Source: an uncultured cyanobacterium (GTDB lineage: Bacteria; Cyanobacteriota; Cyanobacteriia; Cyanobacteriales; CAWCAG01). From it: 64,000 bases of DNA. How positions within the stretch are numbered: position 1 is the stretch's first letter; each line of letters begins with the position of its first letter. Positions 41,574 to 51,965 of the stretch are shown one piece after another. The stretch is taken from positions 1,952,001 to 2,016,000 of the forward strand of contig CAWCAG010000005.1 in NCBI GenBank assembly GCA_963793425.1, in the 5' to 3' direction. The position numbers and the translations under genes were made by a program. The notes beneath the pieces were generated by a model. That model saw only the letters and a program-made list of their open reading frames with translations. It had not been told where the DNA came from and ran no database searches.

Positions 41574-44177
41574 TTACTTCCCACTCCCCACCGGCATACC
41601 TAAAATATCTTCAATCTTAGGCATATCTTCTATAGGAATCACTCTACCTTCATCTTCAAAGTTAGCGATTTGGTTAAAGTTAAGATAACGATATAACTCT
41701 CCGGCAAAGGGGTCAATTTTCTCTTTGACAATCTCTAAATACTCCTCAACAGAAGGGATGCGCCCCAACAAAGCACAGACTGCTGCTAACTCTGCTGAAC
41801 CCAAGTATACCCTTGCACCTTTACCCATGCGGTTGTTGAAGTTGCGGGTGGAAGTAGAAAAGACTGTTGCCCCATCTTCAACCCTAGCTTGGTTGCCCAT
41901 ACATAAAGAACATCCCGGCATTTCAGTCCTGGCCCCAGCAGCAGCAAAGACACCGTAAACCCCTTCTTCTCGCAAATGCTTCTCATCCATACGGGTAGGA
42001 GGACAAACCCACAAACGCACTTTAACCTTACCTGCTTCTAATACCTTAGCAGCAGCGCGGTAATGACCAATGTTGGTCATACAAGAACCAATGAAAACCT
42101 CATCAATCTTGTCTCCGGTGCATTCCGACATCAATTTAACATTATCAGGATCATTGGGGGCTGCAACAATGGGTTCAGTGATTTCATTCAAGTTCACCTC
42201 AACCACATCAGCATACTCGGCATCAGCATCAGCAGACATTAATTCAGGATTAGCCAACCATGCTTCCATTTTGGCAACCCGACGCATTAAAGTACGGGCA
42301 TCAGAATAACCCCTTGCTGCCATGTTTTTCAACAGGGCAATGTTAGACTGCAAATACTCCTTAACTGTCTCTTCTCCCAATTTTATCGTAGAACCAGAAC
42401 AAGAACGTTCCGCCGTAGCATCCGTAAGTTCAAAGGCTTGTTCTACTTTAAGATCCGGCAAACCTTCCATTTCCATAACTCTGCCGGAGAAAACATTTTT
42501 CTTATTCTCCTTAGCAACGGTTAACTTACCTTCTTGCATGGCTACATAGGGAATAGCATTAACAACATCCCGCAAAGTCACTCCCGGTTGCAAATCACCC
42601 GTAAACCTTACCAAAACCGACTCTGGCATATCCAAAGGCATCGCCCCTAAAGCAGCAGCAAAAGCGACTAAACCAGACCCAGCCGGAAAGGAAATTCCCA
42701 AAGGAAAGCGGGTATGAGAATCGCCCCCAGTCCCCACAGTATCTGGTAAAAGCATCCGGTTTAACCAAGAGTGAATGATACCATCTCCCGGACGCAAAGC
42801 AACCCCACCCCGCACCGCAAAAAAGTCTGGTAAGTTTTTGTGGGTGGTGACATCAACGGGTTTAGGATAAGCAGCCGTGTGGCAAAAGGTTTGCAAGACT
42901 AAATCAGCACTAAAACCCAAACAAGCCAACTCTTTTAATTCATCGCGAGTCATCGGCCCTGTAGTATCCTGGGAACCAACGGTTGTCATCAAAGGTTCAC
43001 AACTTTGTCCTGGACGCACTCCGACAACACCACAAGCTTTGCCGACCATTTTTTGCGCTAAGGTAAAGCCCTTGCCTGTATCTTGAGGAGGAGTGGGGCG
43101 AATGAACAGGGGACTAGGTTCCAAACCTAATGCAGCGCGGGTTTTATCTGTCAAACTACGGCCAATTAACAGAGGAATACGCCCCCCAGCCCTAACTTCA
43201 TCGGTGATGGTTTCGGGTTTTAGTTTGAAAGTAGAAATTACTTCCCCGGCTGCGTTGGTGATTTCCCCTTTGTAAGGATGAATAGTAATTACATCCCCGG
43301 TATTCATTTTGGTAACATCACACTCAATAGGCAAAGCCCCAGAATCTTCTGCGGTGTTGAAAAAGATGGGTGCAATTCCACCACCTAAAATATAACCCCC
43401 AGCCCTTTTATTTGGAACAAAAGGAATATCTTCTCCCAAATGCCAAAGTACCGAGTTAATAGCAGATTTACGAGAAGAACCCGTACCCACTACATCCCCA
43501 ACATAAGCCACCGGATGTCCTTTTTCTTTCAACTTAGCAATAGTTGCCAGACCCTCTGGCATACTCGATTCCAGCATCACTAAAGCGTGGAGGGGAATAT
43601 CTGGGCGAGTAGTAGCATGGGGGGCAGGGGATAAATCATCGGTGTTGGTTTCCCCAGGTACTTTAAACACCGTCACCGTAATTGCTGCTGGTAATTCCGG
43701 GCGAGTCGTAAACCACTCAGCATCAGCCCAAGCATCCACTACTTGTTTAGCGTAAGAGTTAGTTTCTGCAAGTTCAAGAACGTCATGAAAAGAATCATAA
43801 ACTAAAAGGGTCTTACTCAAAGCTTTAACTCCAGCCGTAGCTAATTCAGCCTTAGCAGAAAGCAAATCTACCAAAGATTGTACGTTATAACCCCCCACCA
43901 TAGTTCCTAAAAGCTCCGCCGCTTCAAGAGGAGAAATAAGCGGACATTTCACCTCCCCTTTCGCCACAGAAGTTAAGAAACTAGCCTTAACATAAGCTGC
44001 CTGATCTACCCCAGGAGGAACACGATCCCGTAACATCCCTAAAAGTGCTTCTTCTTCTCCTGATGGAGGATCTTTAAGTAAATCGCATAACTGGGCAGTT
44101 TGTTCAGTATCCAAAGGGAGAGGGGGAATTCCTAATGCAGCCCTTTCTGCAACCTGTTGACGATATTCTTTGAGCAT
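41574..44177 (-). CDS. acnB: Aconitate hydratase B
   Basis: [44 protein letters not shown]. Confidence 0.98.
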   Translation of the reverse strand: MLKEYRQQVAERAALGIPPLPLDTEQTAQLCDLLKDPPSGEEEALLGMLRDRVPPGVDQAAYVKASFLTSVAKGEVKCPLISPLEAAELLGTMVGGYNVQSLVDLLSAKAELATAGVKALSKTLLVYDSFHDVLELAETNSYAKQVVDAWADAEWFTTRPELPAAITVTVFKVPGETNTDDLSPAPHATTRPDIPLHALVMLESSMPEGLATIAKLKEKGHPVAYVGDVVGTGSSRKSAINSVLWHLGEDIPFVPNKRAGGYILGGGIAPIFFNTAEDSGALPIECDVTKMNTGDVITIHPYKGEITNAAGEVISTFKLKPETITDEVRAGGRIPLLIGRSLTDKTRAALGLEPSPLFIRPTPPQDTGKGFTLAQKMVGKACGVVGVRPGQSCEPLMTTVGSQDTTGPMTRDELKELACLGFSADLVLQTFCHTAAYPKPVDVTTHKNLPDFFAVRGGVALRPGDGIIHSWLNRMLLPDTVGTGGDSHTRFPLGISFPAGSGLVAFAAALGAMPLDMPESVLVRFTGDLQPGVTLRDVVNAIPYVAMQEGKLTVAKENKKNVFSGRVMEMEGLPDLKVEQAFELTDATAERSCSGSTIKLGEETVKEYLQSNIALLKNMAARGYSDARTLMRRVAKMEAWLANPELMSADADAEYADVVEVNLNEITEPIVAAPNDPDNVKLMSECTGDKIDEVFIGSCMTNIGHYRAAAKVLEAGKVKVRLWVCPPTRMDEKHLREEGVYGVFAAAGARTEMPGCSLCMGNQARVEDGATVFSTSTRNFNNRMGKGARVYLGSAELAAVCALLGRIPSVEEYLEIVKEKIDPFAGELYRYLNFNQIANFEDEGRVIPIEDMPKIEDILGMPVGSGK

Positions 44178-44285
44178 TAAATTCTATCTCCTCTAAAACC
44201 TGGTTAAGCTAACTTCAATTTATTATCGGTCTAAGTCTTTTAATTTACGGAATAAGAAACTATTTTGTTGTTCATTAGACACTAA

Positions 44286-44321
44286 AAAAGAGCGAAACTC
44301 AACTTAAGGAGTCGCTCTTTT
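44286..44321 (-). terminator. Intrinsic terminator after the DUF4278 genes
   Basis: AAAAGAGCGA / TCGCTCTTTT stem with a U-tract on the minus strand. Confidence 0.65.
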
Positions 44322-44349
44322 AGAGAAATTTTTTTCTTGACCTTAAATC

Positions 44350-44763
44350 TTACATTGATAAGGTTAACTCTTTTCCTTCTTCTTCTAATATACAAACCAA
44401 ATTTTTATCACCATTAGCTTTAGCAACTTCCATGCGGTGTTCTAAGTTATGGCGAATATTGTTTAAATGGGCTTTGGTTAATTCCTGGGCAGTTTTTTGA
44501 ACTGGCTTCTTTCTTCTTCTAATCTGTTGACGACTAAGTTTTACCAATTCAAAGGCTTTCCTGGCTTCTGTTTGGATTGCCGGATAACGATTGTAGCGAA
44601 CGCCACGATACTGCAAATTTAATTTGGGGGCGAGTTGAGGAACGTGTTTGGGATAGTGATGCTTCCATTCCTTGCCGCGATACTTGCCCGCAATTTCCCC
44701 TTCGCTCACTTCTAAAGATAAAGGTTCGCGTTCGTAACTAACACCGCGATAGCAATATTTCAT
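44350..44763 (-). CDS. DUF4278 domain protein with C-terminal PirA-like domain
   Basis: Three YRG motifs; C-terminal AHLNNIRHNLEHRMEVAKANGDKNLVCILEEE. Confidence 0.85.
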   Translation of the reverse strand: MKYCYRGVSYEREPLSLEVSEGEIAGKYRGKEWKHHYPKHVPQLAPKLNLQYRGVRYNRYPAIQTEARKAFELVKLSRQQIRRRKKPVQKTAQELTKAHLNNIRHNLEHRMEVAKANGDKNLVCILEEEGKELTLSM

Positions 44764-44799
44764 TTCTTCACCTCTAAGTGCTATAGATATTAAGCTTAT

Positions 44800-44979
44800 T
44801 TAATGAGTATAGGTAATGCCGCGATAAGTAAATTTACCTGATGGTTTGCTACGAGTAGCACCTTTAACACGATGTACTCTCCATTCATGTCCACGGTATT
44901 TCCCACCAACTTCCCCTTCTGCAACTTCTAAGTCATGGGGATGGGAATTATAATTAATGCCACGGTAAGTAAGTTTCAT
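44800..44979 (-). CDS. Small DUF4278 family protein (59 aa, below the ORF-track cutoff)
   Basis: MKLTYRGINYNSHPHDLEVAEGEVGGKYRGHEWRVHRVKGATRSKPSGKFTYRGITYTH*, with a GGAG RBS. Confidence 0.9.
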   Translation of the reverse strand: MKLTYRGINYNSHPHDLEVAEGEVGGKYRGHEWRVHRVKGATRSKPSGKFTYRGITYTH

Positions 44980-45035
44980 TGGTAATCTCCAAAAATATTG
45001 TTTTGATGGGCATACCGCCTATCTCAATTTATTTC

Positions 45036-45051
45036 TGTATCTATTGTGACA
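45036..45051. promoter_or_regulatory. Imperfect NtcA box
   Basis: TGTA-TCTATTGT-GACA, one mismatch to TGTA-N8-TACA, upstream of the DUF4278 genes. Confidence 0.5.
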
Positions 45052-45201
45052 TTTCTGCAAAAAAACTGCAACTAATCAGAAAAGCTGAATAAAAACAAGG
45101 ACACAAATGCTCAATCCACTTCCTAGCGAGGGATTAGAGTATCCTGCTTTTATTCCCTTGATACCAATTTATCAAGAAAGCTTAACTTAATCTAGTCAAA
45201 A

Positions 45202-45217
45202 TGTATTTTTAGATACA
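45202..45217. promoter_or_regulatory. Consensus NtcA box
   Basis: TGTA-TTTTTAGA-TACA. Confidence 0.7.
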
Positions 45218-45297
45218 GAAAGTAATTATTTCTTTAAAAAGCTCGACTTCACATTCTGTAGATAAATGAACAGAGTCAAGCTAATAGCTAAAAAATA

Positions 45298-45558
45298 TTA
45301 ATGAATTTCTTGTAAAATCTGTAAAGCTAACTGAGCAAAAGGATCATCTCCCAACCTTCCTAAAGCTTCTTGCAATACTTCCCAATCAATCTCTGTCCCT
45401 GCTGTTGAAGGAACTAGTAAACCTATGTGTAAAAGCATTTGTCGTAAATCGTCTCGCATTCGCTGCCGTTTGGTTTCTAGAAGCGACATAGTACGGCGTA
45501 CGGAACGCTCTTGACGAAACGCTGTTGTTAAAGCGCCTGTTTCTGGGTCGTTATCCAT
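45298..45558 (-). CDS. Hypothetical protein
   Basis: 86-aa helical ORF. Confidence 0.7.
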   Translation of the reverse strand: MDNDPETGALTTAFRQERSVRRTMSLLETKRQRMRDDLRQMLLHIGLLVPSTAGTEIDWEVLQEALGRLGDDPFAQLALQILQEIH

Positions 45559-45770
45559 CTAGATTATTCCCGTCTACCTTAAGGTATAAAAATACTGAAC
45601 GAGTAAATTAATATCTTTATAGGCATTAAAAACGATTTTCTAGGGACTATGACCTCGTGCTTAAAAGAAGTTTAGATATATAAAAATAGCAACAACTTAA
45701 TCTAGAGATAGTTACAAAACTTGGATCATCTCTAGATATAAGTTCACACATCGCAATATAAACTTTAAAT

Positions 45771-46583
45771 TCAAGCAAATACTCGATGATTTAAACAAGG
45801 CATTTGCCGCCTCACTTGTTGAAGTCGTTCAGGATTAATTTCTGCGATCGCCACTCCTGGCTCTTCCCCCGCATCGGCTAAAATAGTACCCCAAGGATCA
45901 ACAATCAAAGCATGACCGTGGCTTTGGCGCATTTTGTAGTGGATGCCAGTTTGGGCTGGGGCGATTATGTAACAGGTGTTTTCAATGGCTCTTGCTTGGA
46001 GAAGTACTTGCCAGTGATCCTTACCAGTGTAGGCAGTAAAGGCCGCAGGTACAAACATCAAATCCGCCCCCTTGCTAGCTAAATGGCTATATAACATCGG
46101 AAAGCGCACATCGTAGCAAACAGAAAGCCCGATGTTACCTAACTCTGGGGAAGGATATACCGGAGGCAACTTGCTACCCGCCATAACGGTACTAGATTCT
46201 TGATAAGTGTTACCGTCTGGTAAATCAACATCAAAGAGATGAACTTTTTCGTAACGGGCTAATTCTGTACCGCTAGAATCGATTAACAGAGCGGTATTGT
46301 ATACCTTGTTATCCTTGACTGGAACTGGGAAACCACCACCCAGAAGAGTAATTTGGAAACGCTGAGCCATGGTTTTGAGAAATTTCTCAGTTGCTTGGGC
46401 GATCGCCTCTCCTTGAGCAATTTTACTTGCTTCTGTACCGAGGAAAGAGAAGTTTTCTGGCAAACCCACCAACTCAGCCCCACGGCGTACAGCAAGTTCG
46501 ATCAATTCTTCTGCCTGAACCAGATTTTTTTCTAAATCTGGTTTACTTGTCATTTGAATGGCGGCGGCTAAATAAGATTTCAT
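45771..46583 (-). CDS. Carbon-nitrogen hydrolase (Nit1-like deaminated glutathione amidase)
   Basis: E-K-C triad: LPENF, YEKVHLFD, VCYDVRFP; ARAIEN. Confidence 0.93.
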   Translation of the reverse strand: MKSYLAAAIQMTSKPDLEKNLVQAEELIELAVRRGAELVGLPENFSFLGTEASKIAQGEAIAQATEKFLKTMAQRFQITLLGGGFPVPVKDNKVYNTALLIDSSGTELARYEKVHLFDVDLPDGNTYQESSTVMAGSKLPPVYPSPELGNIGLSVCYDVRFPMLYSHLASKGADLMFVPAAFTAYTGKDHWQVLLQARAIENTCYIIAPAQTGIHYKMRQSHGHALIVDPWGTILADAGEEPGVAIAEINPERLQQVRRQMPCLNHRVFA

Positions 46584-46926
46584 TTTTTTCTAGATGCCCA
46601 AGCGCTACAGACAGCTTACAAAGATTTTCAACAATGGAAATCAAGGTTAAATGCGACTTAGCAACAAATTTTCTGGAAAATCGCGATTCATCATTGTAGC
46701 AACAAATCTACCTTTAATCAGAAAAAACCCTCTTGGAACAAAGAAGGCTTTAAGCTAGTCTGTGAAAGCTGTCATCTTTAATAATTTATAATCCTACAGC
46801 ACTTATTTCCTTTGATAGAGGATAAAAATGCTTTAAATCTTTATAATTCTTAAAGACTGTTTTGTTTTTTCTTTCTTTGTGCTGTGGGAAAACTATTTAA
46901 CCTTAAATTGAGGAGAACTTATTGTA

Positions 46927-47169
46927 ATGGGTGTAATGAGAGAAATAATCCAACAAGCCCTGAATAGTGGCTATTTGACCATAGAAGACGAGAATAGACT
47001 GAGACAATTTTTAGCTCAAAAGTATGATTACCAAGATTTTCTGGCTTTTATGACTCTCCAGCAAGCAGCTATGGAAGGTAAAGTCAAGCAGGAATCTCGC
47101 GAGGTAGTCTATGGTAACCTCAACCCCATGGGACAGCTTCGTCGTCAGCCTATGCCAGTTGCTTCATAA
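46927..47169 (+). CDS. Small cyanobacterial hypothetical protein
   Basis: GAGGAG RBS; homologous to the N-terminal half of the convergent neighbour. Confidence 0.85.
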   Translation: MGVMREIIQQALNSGYLTIEDENRLRQFLAQKYDYQDFLAFMTLQQAAMEGKVKQESREVVYGNLNPMGQLRRQPMPVAS

Positions 47170-47210
47170 AATCAATCAATAGTTATTAGGTAATTGTGGG
47201 AAATTTCTAA

Positions 47211-47729
47211 TTACGAAGAAACTTTTAGAGGTGTAAAGACTCTCAGGGGATCTTGAATCACAGCATTTATACCCCAGCGTACTGCTATAGAAATTTTGTC
47301 ACCAAGTTCTTCCTTGGCTTTCTGTTGTTGCCGCTGCCAACCCTCTTCACTGGTAGCATAAAGAGCAGGCAAGCGGTTGAGAGCATAAGCAATGGCTTGA
47401 TGAGGATTAATGTAGAAAGCTAGTTTAGCAGGTAGTTTCTGAATTTGCTCCTCTACTTCTTGCCGAACCAAGGGTTCTAAGGCATTACAATAAATGGAAG
47501 TAGGGGCCTTAACTAATTCACGAGATTCTTGTTTAACACCACCTTCCATAGCTGCTTGCTGCAATTTCAAGAAAGCATTGAAATCTCCTTGGTCATAACT
47601 TTGCTTCAAAAGCTCCCGTAAGCTATTTTCTGCTTCCACGCTTAGATACCCTGTGTCTAGTGCTTTTTGTACAATACCGCGAATAGTTGTCTGTTCCGGA
47701 AACACGGCATAACTTGTTTGAGTACTCAT
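47211..47729 (-). CDS. ComFB-domain protein fused to an N-terminal small helical domain
   Basis: NALEPLVRQEV...AIAYALNRLPALYATSEEGW...QDPLR. Confidence 0.85.
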   Translation of the reverse strand: MSTQTSYAVFPEQTTIRGIVQKALDTGYLSVEAENSLRELLKQSYDQGDFNAFLKLQQAAMEGGVKQESRELVKAPTSIYCNALEPLVRQEVEEQIQKLPAKLAFYINPHQAIAYALNRLPALYATSEEGWQRQQQKAKEELGDKISIAVRWGINAVIQDPLRVFTPLKVSS

Positions 47730-48056
47730 AGTTTTGCTACTAAAGAGTTAAGTTGGTTTAACACTGAATGCTCTGACTCAGTATAATCTCTACTTAGTAT
47801 AATTGTTTTTCTCAGAAAAACACTGTGTATTTGCTGAAAAAATGGGTTTTCTCAGCCAAATAACTTATGTTTAAGAAATATTTGCACCATTTGGCTGAAA
47901 TAGAAGCCAGTTTCAACTGCCTCGCAAGATAGATAAATTTTACTGAGGGATCTCACTCTCAAGACTGAAGAAATCATCGCTTGAGGGTAGAGGCAAAATT
48001 GAGTAATATTCTTCACAATTGAAATTAGAACCATTGCCATCAGACTTAACACAATC

Positions 48057-49133
48057 ATGTCGGAAGGATTTTTGCTCAGTCGTATTTTACTTCGTTTCAA
48101 CAAAGAAGACGAAGACTTAATCAATGAACTATCAGCAGCAGCTTTAACTCCTGACGGTAGTCTATGGGTGGGTTCAGATGAACTACTTGGAGTTGAACGC
48201 CTTTCCACCCTTGGTTCTCATATTTACGGTAACGGTCAACATTTTCATTTAGGAGATTTTATTAACCTTTTTAATACAGAAGATGAAATTGACATAGAAG
48301 GAATGGACTATGCCAATAACTATCTTTGGTTCACAGGTTCCCATAGTTATAAACGTAAAAAACCTAAAGATAAAAGTCCTGAGAAAGATATTCACAGGTT
48401 AAGCCAAGTTAAAACTGATATTAACCGCTTTTTATTAGGGCGTGTTCCTGTGATTGGAGGAGAATTAGTTAAGTCTTATTGCCCCTCAGATGACTCAGAA
48501 AATAAAGTTTCAGCAGCTTCTTTACAAAAGGTTGGTAATAGCAACTTACTCATAGAAGCCCTTAAAGAAGATATCCACCTTGCTCCTTTTCTTACTAACT
48601 CTATACCTTCTAAAGATAACGGTTTAGATATAGAAGGTTTGGCAGTGCAAGGAGATAAAATCTTTTTGGGTTTGCGGGGGCCAGTGTTACGAGGTTGGGC
48701 GATTATTCTAGAGATAGAAGTTGAAGAAACTCAAGCCGATACTTTAGTTCTCAAAGAGATTAGTAATGAGGGGAAGAAATATAAAAAACATTTTGTTTAT
48801 CTTAATAGTTTGGGGATTAGAGAATTATGTTTTAAAGATGAAGACTTAATTATTTTGGCGGGGCCGACAATGGACTTAGAAGGAGTCATGGAAGTCTTTC
48901 GTTTAAAAGAGGTTTTAAGTCTCACTGAAGATAGTATTCATCATCCAGAATCAGACCAATTGGAAATGTTATTTAATCTTCCTTTTACCATCGGTTCTGA
49001 CCATGCAGAAGGGTTAGCTCTTTATTCTTGTTTAGGGGAAAAAGATTCCCTTTTGGTAGTTTATGATTCGCCAGATAAGAGCCGAAAACCGAGCAAGAGA
49101 GAAATTTTTGCTGATGTTTTTCGTTTGCCATAG
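48057..49133 (+). CDS. DUF3616 domain protein
   Basis: LWVGSDE, EIDIEG, FTGSHS, GLDIEGLAV, GLRGP, DHAEG. Confidence 0.85.
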   Translation: MSEGFLLSRILLRFNKEDEDLINELSAAALTPDGSLWVGSDELLGVERLSTLGSHIYGNGQHFHLGDFINLFNTEDEIDIEGMDYANNYLWFTGSHSYKRKKPKDKSPEKDIHRLSQVKTDINRFLLGRVPVIGGELVKSYCPSDDSENKVSAASLQKVGNSNLLIEALKEDIHLAPFLTNSIPSKDNGLDIEGLAVQGDKIFLGLRGPVLRGWAIILEIEVEETQADTLVLKEISNEGKKYKKHFVYLNSLGIRELCFKDEDLIILAGPTMDLEGVMEVFRLKEVLSLTEDSIHHPESDQLEMLFNLPFTIGSDHAEGLALYSCLGEKDSLLVVYDSPDKSRKPSKREIFADVFRLP

Positions 49134-49163
49134 AAATCTAAAATTAATATAGAGGAAATAGCC

Positions 49164-49937
49164 ATGTCAAATTCTGTTAAAGAGCAAATCACTAATGATC
49201 TTAAAAAAGCTAAAGAAGAAGGAAATGTAAGGACAGAACGTATTCGAGAAATTGTCAAAGCTGCTGTTTCTCAGGCCGCTTCTGAACTTAAAGAAGGCGC
49301 TAGCGAAATCCGAACTTTAGTTAAAGATGCCGTAGCTACAGTAATTGAAAATGTCCAGGATAAAGGAGAAAATCTTAAAGAAGATGTGACTGCTTCTTTA
49401 GAAGGTGCTATTGAAGGAGTTAGTAGTAAAAGAAGAGAAATTATTACTAAAACTCAAGCAGAAATCGAACAACTACAAGCGAAAGTTGATGCTGAGGAAG
49501 AAGAGTTACGCTCAGAAATTGATGGTGCTTTAGCGGAGGTAGAAGAAACCGGAAAAGATAACCTTTCTGGTGTTAAATCGGCTGTGGAGTCTGCGGTAGA
49601 TAGCGTTAAAGATACTGAAGAAGTAGCTTTAATGCAAAAGCGTTATGCTCAACTTAAAGCTCAGTTGGCTATTGTACAAGCTAACTTATCAGCGAGGTAT
49701 GGAGATCGTTATGAAGATGTAAAAAAATATTTGGATGAGGCTAAAAGTTGGTACGAGCAAGCTAAACCTAAAGCCGAAGAAGTTACTGGCAAAGTGAAGG
49801 ATAAAAGTACCGACTTTGAAAATAAATTAGCAGAAGCCGGTACAGCTTTAGCGCAGAAAGAGCAACGCCTTAAAATTATTTTAAAAGAACTCTGGCGCTC
49901 AATTACTGAAACAGAAACAGATTCCCTTAAAAAGTAG
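49164..49937 (+). CDS. Helical / coiled-coil hypothetical protein
   Basis: 257 aa, E/K/A-rich amphipathic helices; GAGG RBS. Confidence 0.8.
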   Translation: MSNSVKEQITNDLKKAKEEGNVRTERIREIVKAAVSQAASELKEGASEIRTLVKDAVATVIENVQDKGENLKEDVTASLEGAIEGVSSKRREIITKTQAEIEQLQAKVDAEEEELRSEIDGALAEVEETGKDNLSGVKSAVESAVDSVKDTEEVALMQKRYAQLKAQLAIVQANLSARYGDRYEDVKKYLDEAKSWYEQAKPKAEEVTGKVKDKSTDFENKLAEAGTALAQKEQRLKIILKELWRSITETETDSLKK

Positions 49938-49956
49938 TTTTTAAAAAGCTAATCAC

Positions 49957-49993
49957 AAATAAAGGACAACCTACTGTAGGTTGTCCTTTATTT
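49957..49993. terminator. Bidirectional terminator hairpin
   Basis: AAATAAAGGACAACCTAC-T-GTAGGTTGTCCTTTATTT perfect inverted repeat between convergent genes. Confidence 0.85.
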
Positions 49994-50013
49994 AATTTTA
50001 TTTATCTATTTAA

Positions 50014-50211
50014 TCAGCTATATGGCTTCGGATCTTGAGCCATTTTTTCTCCCTGCTTGACGATAACCCAAACAGCATGAATAGAACCAGGAAGCCAACC
50101 AAGTACAGTTAATAAGACATTAATTAATAAAGCTGTGCTAACTCCGCTGGTTAAGAAAACACCTAGAGGAGGTAAAAGAATACCTAAAACAATTCGTAGT
50201 ATTAGTGGCAT
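50014..50211 (-). CDS. YqaE/Pmp3 family membrane protein
   Basis: LLPPLGVFL...LGWLPGSIHAVW. Confidence 0.92.
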   Translation of the reverse strand: MPLILRIVLGILLPPLGVFLTSGVSTALLINVLLTVLGWLPGSIHAVWVIVKQGEKMAQDPKPYS

Positions 50212-50513
50212 AAGATTATTTTTTTCATCCCTACTTTTATTTATCTCTAATTATCCTCTAAATTTCTCTATATTGACTTCTTTCTAGAGAAACATTTTAT
50301 GAGGTTAAGACTTAAAGATATATTTTACAAAAGAAGTAGATTAAGGATTGAGAAAATCTTTCTTCCTGGAGAGGTAGGTTGTTTTTCCGCCTATTACAAT
50401 TGAAGATAAATAGAAAAAAGAACGAAACATGATAGCCAAGCTCAGTTTGATTTAAGCTTAAATCTATCTACTTACGTTTGTCACCTATAAAAATCTTCAT
50501 CGAGGAAAAATTT

Positions 50514-50921
50514 ATGTTAGCAGCTTTTCTAACTTTATTAGCTACAGCCTTAAGTTTACTAGTAGTTGACTTAGCAGTCCCAGGGGTTAATATAGCTACC
50601 TTTGCAGCAGCCTTAATCGCTGGTGCTTCTTTAGGGGCCGTTAATAGCGTTATTAAACCAGTATTGTCAACTCTATCCCTGCCTCTTAATTTCGTTAGTT
50701 TTGGGGCGTTTACATTAATAGTTAATGGTATTTGTTTTTGGCTAGCTTCCTTATTTGTACCAGGATTTAGTGTTACTGGTATCTTAGGAATTATTATTGG
50801 ACCAGTTGTTCTTTCTTTTGTTAATACTTTCATTCTTACCTATTTTGCTGAGAAAAATCCTCAGTTAAATCTTGGTGGTACAAGTCAAACTACTACAGAT
50901 TCTTTACCTCCTCAATCTTAA
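50514..50921 (+). CDS. Phage-holin-4 superfamily (YvlD-like) membrane protein
   Basis: VNSVIKPVLSTLSLPLNFVSFGAFTLIVNG. Confidence 0.88.
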   Translation: MLAAFLTLLATALSLLVVDLAVPGVNIATFAAALIAGASLGAVNSVIKPVLSTLSLPLNFVSFGAFTLIVNGICFWLASLFVPGFSVTGILGIIIGPVVLSFVNTFILTYFAEKNPQLNLGGTSQTTTDSLPPQS

Positions 50922-50999
50922 GCATAAGGAATTACAAAAACCAAATATTTTGTAAGGTGGGCATTGCTCACTTAACTTAAGAAACTAAATTAGAGAATG

Positions 51000-51827
51000 C
51001 TATTCTCTAATTTTTTTGTTCCTAATATACCAAGCCAGAATACTTAAAAACAGTAATCCCATTGCCCCCGCAAGGGGATTTTTATCAACTCCTGTAACCC
51101 AAGGAGAAACTTGATTAGTGTAGGTAATTAAGCCACCAACATTAATGATGTAGTAACCCCAAATCAAACCGCCATGTATGCCTATAGATAGACCTAATTT
51201 CCCTTGTTGTGATCTCTTTGCCCAAACTAAGGTTAAACCAAGCAAAACTAAGGCAGGAAATTGGGGAAAAGTGCGAATAATTTCTGGAATTGGTTTAATA
51301 AAATGCAAAACTGCGAAGCTGAAACTATTAAGCCAAAGAGAGATTTTCAGATTATAATCTCGCTGCAATTCTGCTAACAGCCAACCTCGGAAAACTAATT
51401 CTTCTGCCGTCGCTACCAAAACAGCACTTAAAAATCCTTCAGCAATTATCCGCAATAAAAATACAGGAGGATTGGTGAAGGTAAGCCAGCCCAATATTCC
51501 TTCTAATATAAATAAACTGAGGGTTAAAAGTAGCCCCAGGCTTAAGCCATTCAAGAAACGAATACCGTTGCTTCGAGTGAATTCTAAGCCATAGCTTTTA
51601 ATTATTTGTGGTTGCTGATAAACTTTTTTTCCCCACCAAGGCAGCAAAAAGAGAAACTCTATAAATAAGATTCCCATTGCTACTATGGTGAGTAAATTGG
51701 AGTCACTTTTTAAAGTAAAATAGATAGGTATAGCGAAAGGAAGCCAAATCAGCACCAAAGTTGAGAGGAAAACAACTAACCTAACTAATACTGGATAAGT
51801 GGCAATAGTATTTATTTTAAAAGGCAA
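51000..51827 (-). CDS. CPBP family intramembrane metalloprotease (CAAX/Abi)
   Basis: EELVFRG, FAVLH, IGIHGG. Confidence 0.92.
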   Translation of the reverse strand: MPFKINTIATYPVLVRLVVFLSTLVLIWLPFAIPIYFTLKSDSNLLTIVAMGILFIEFLFLLPWWGKKVYQQPQIIKSYGLEFTRSNGIRFLNGLSLGLLLTLSLFILEGILGWLTFTNPPVFLLRIIAEGFLSAVLVATAEELVFRGWLLAELQRDYNLKISLWLNSFSFAVLHFIKPIPEIIRTFPQFPALVLLGLTLVWAKRSQQGKLGLSIGIHGGLIWGYYIINVGGLITYTNQVSPWVTGVDKNPLAGAMGLLFLSILAWYIRNKKIRE

Positions 51828-51965
51828 TTTGCTTGTACTTATAGATGATATTCCTTGCTCATTACTGTTGAGGCTTACCTAAGTTCCTGATTTAATTTAA
51901 GGTTGAAAGTTGCTCTCTTTAAAGAAGTAAAAAAAATCAGCCTTTCAACCTTTCAAACCAAGTGC

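Noticed and set aside
45087..45176. Canonical glutamine (glnA) riboswitch
   Set aside because: I could not find the conserved CGTT...GGAAGTAAG...GAAG.AACG arrangement. Kept only as an unassigned structure.
47890..48000. Possible structured leader upstream of the DUF3616 gene
   Set aside because: Only short imperfect stems, not distinguishable from chance by eye.
50514..50921. Holin-family gene as evidence of a prophage
   Set aside because: YvlD-like genes are common chromosomal genes, and no other phage genes are nearby.
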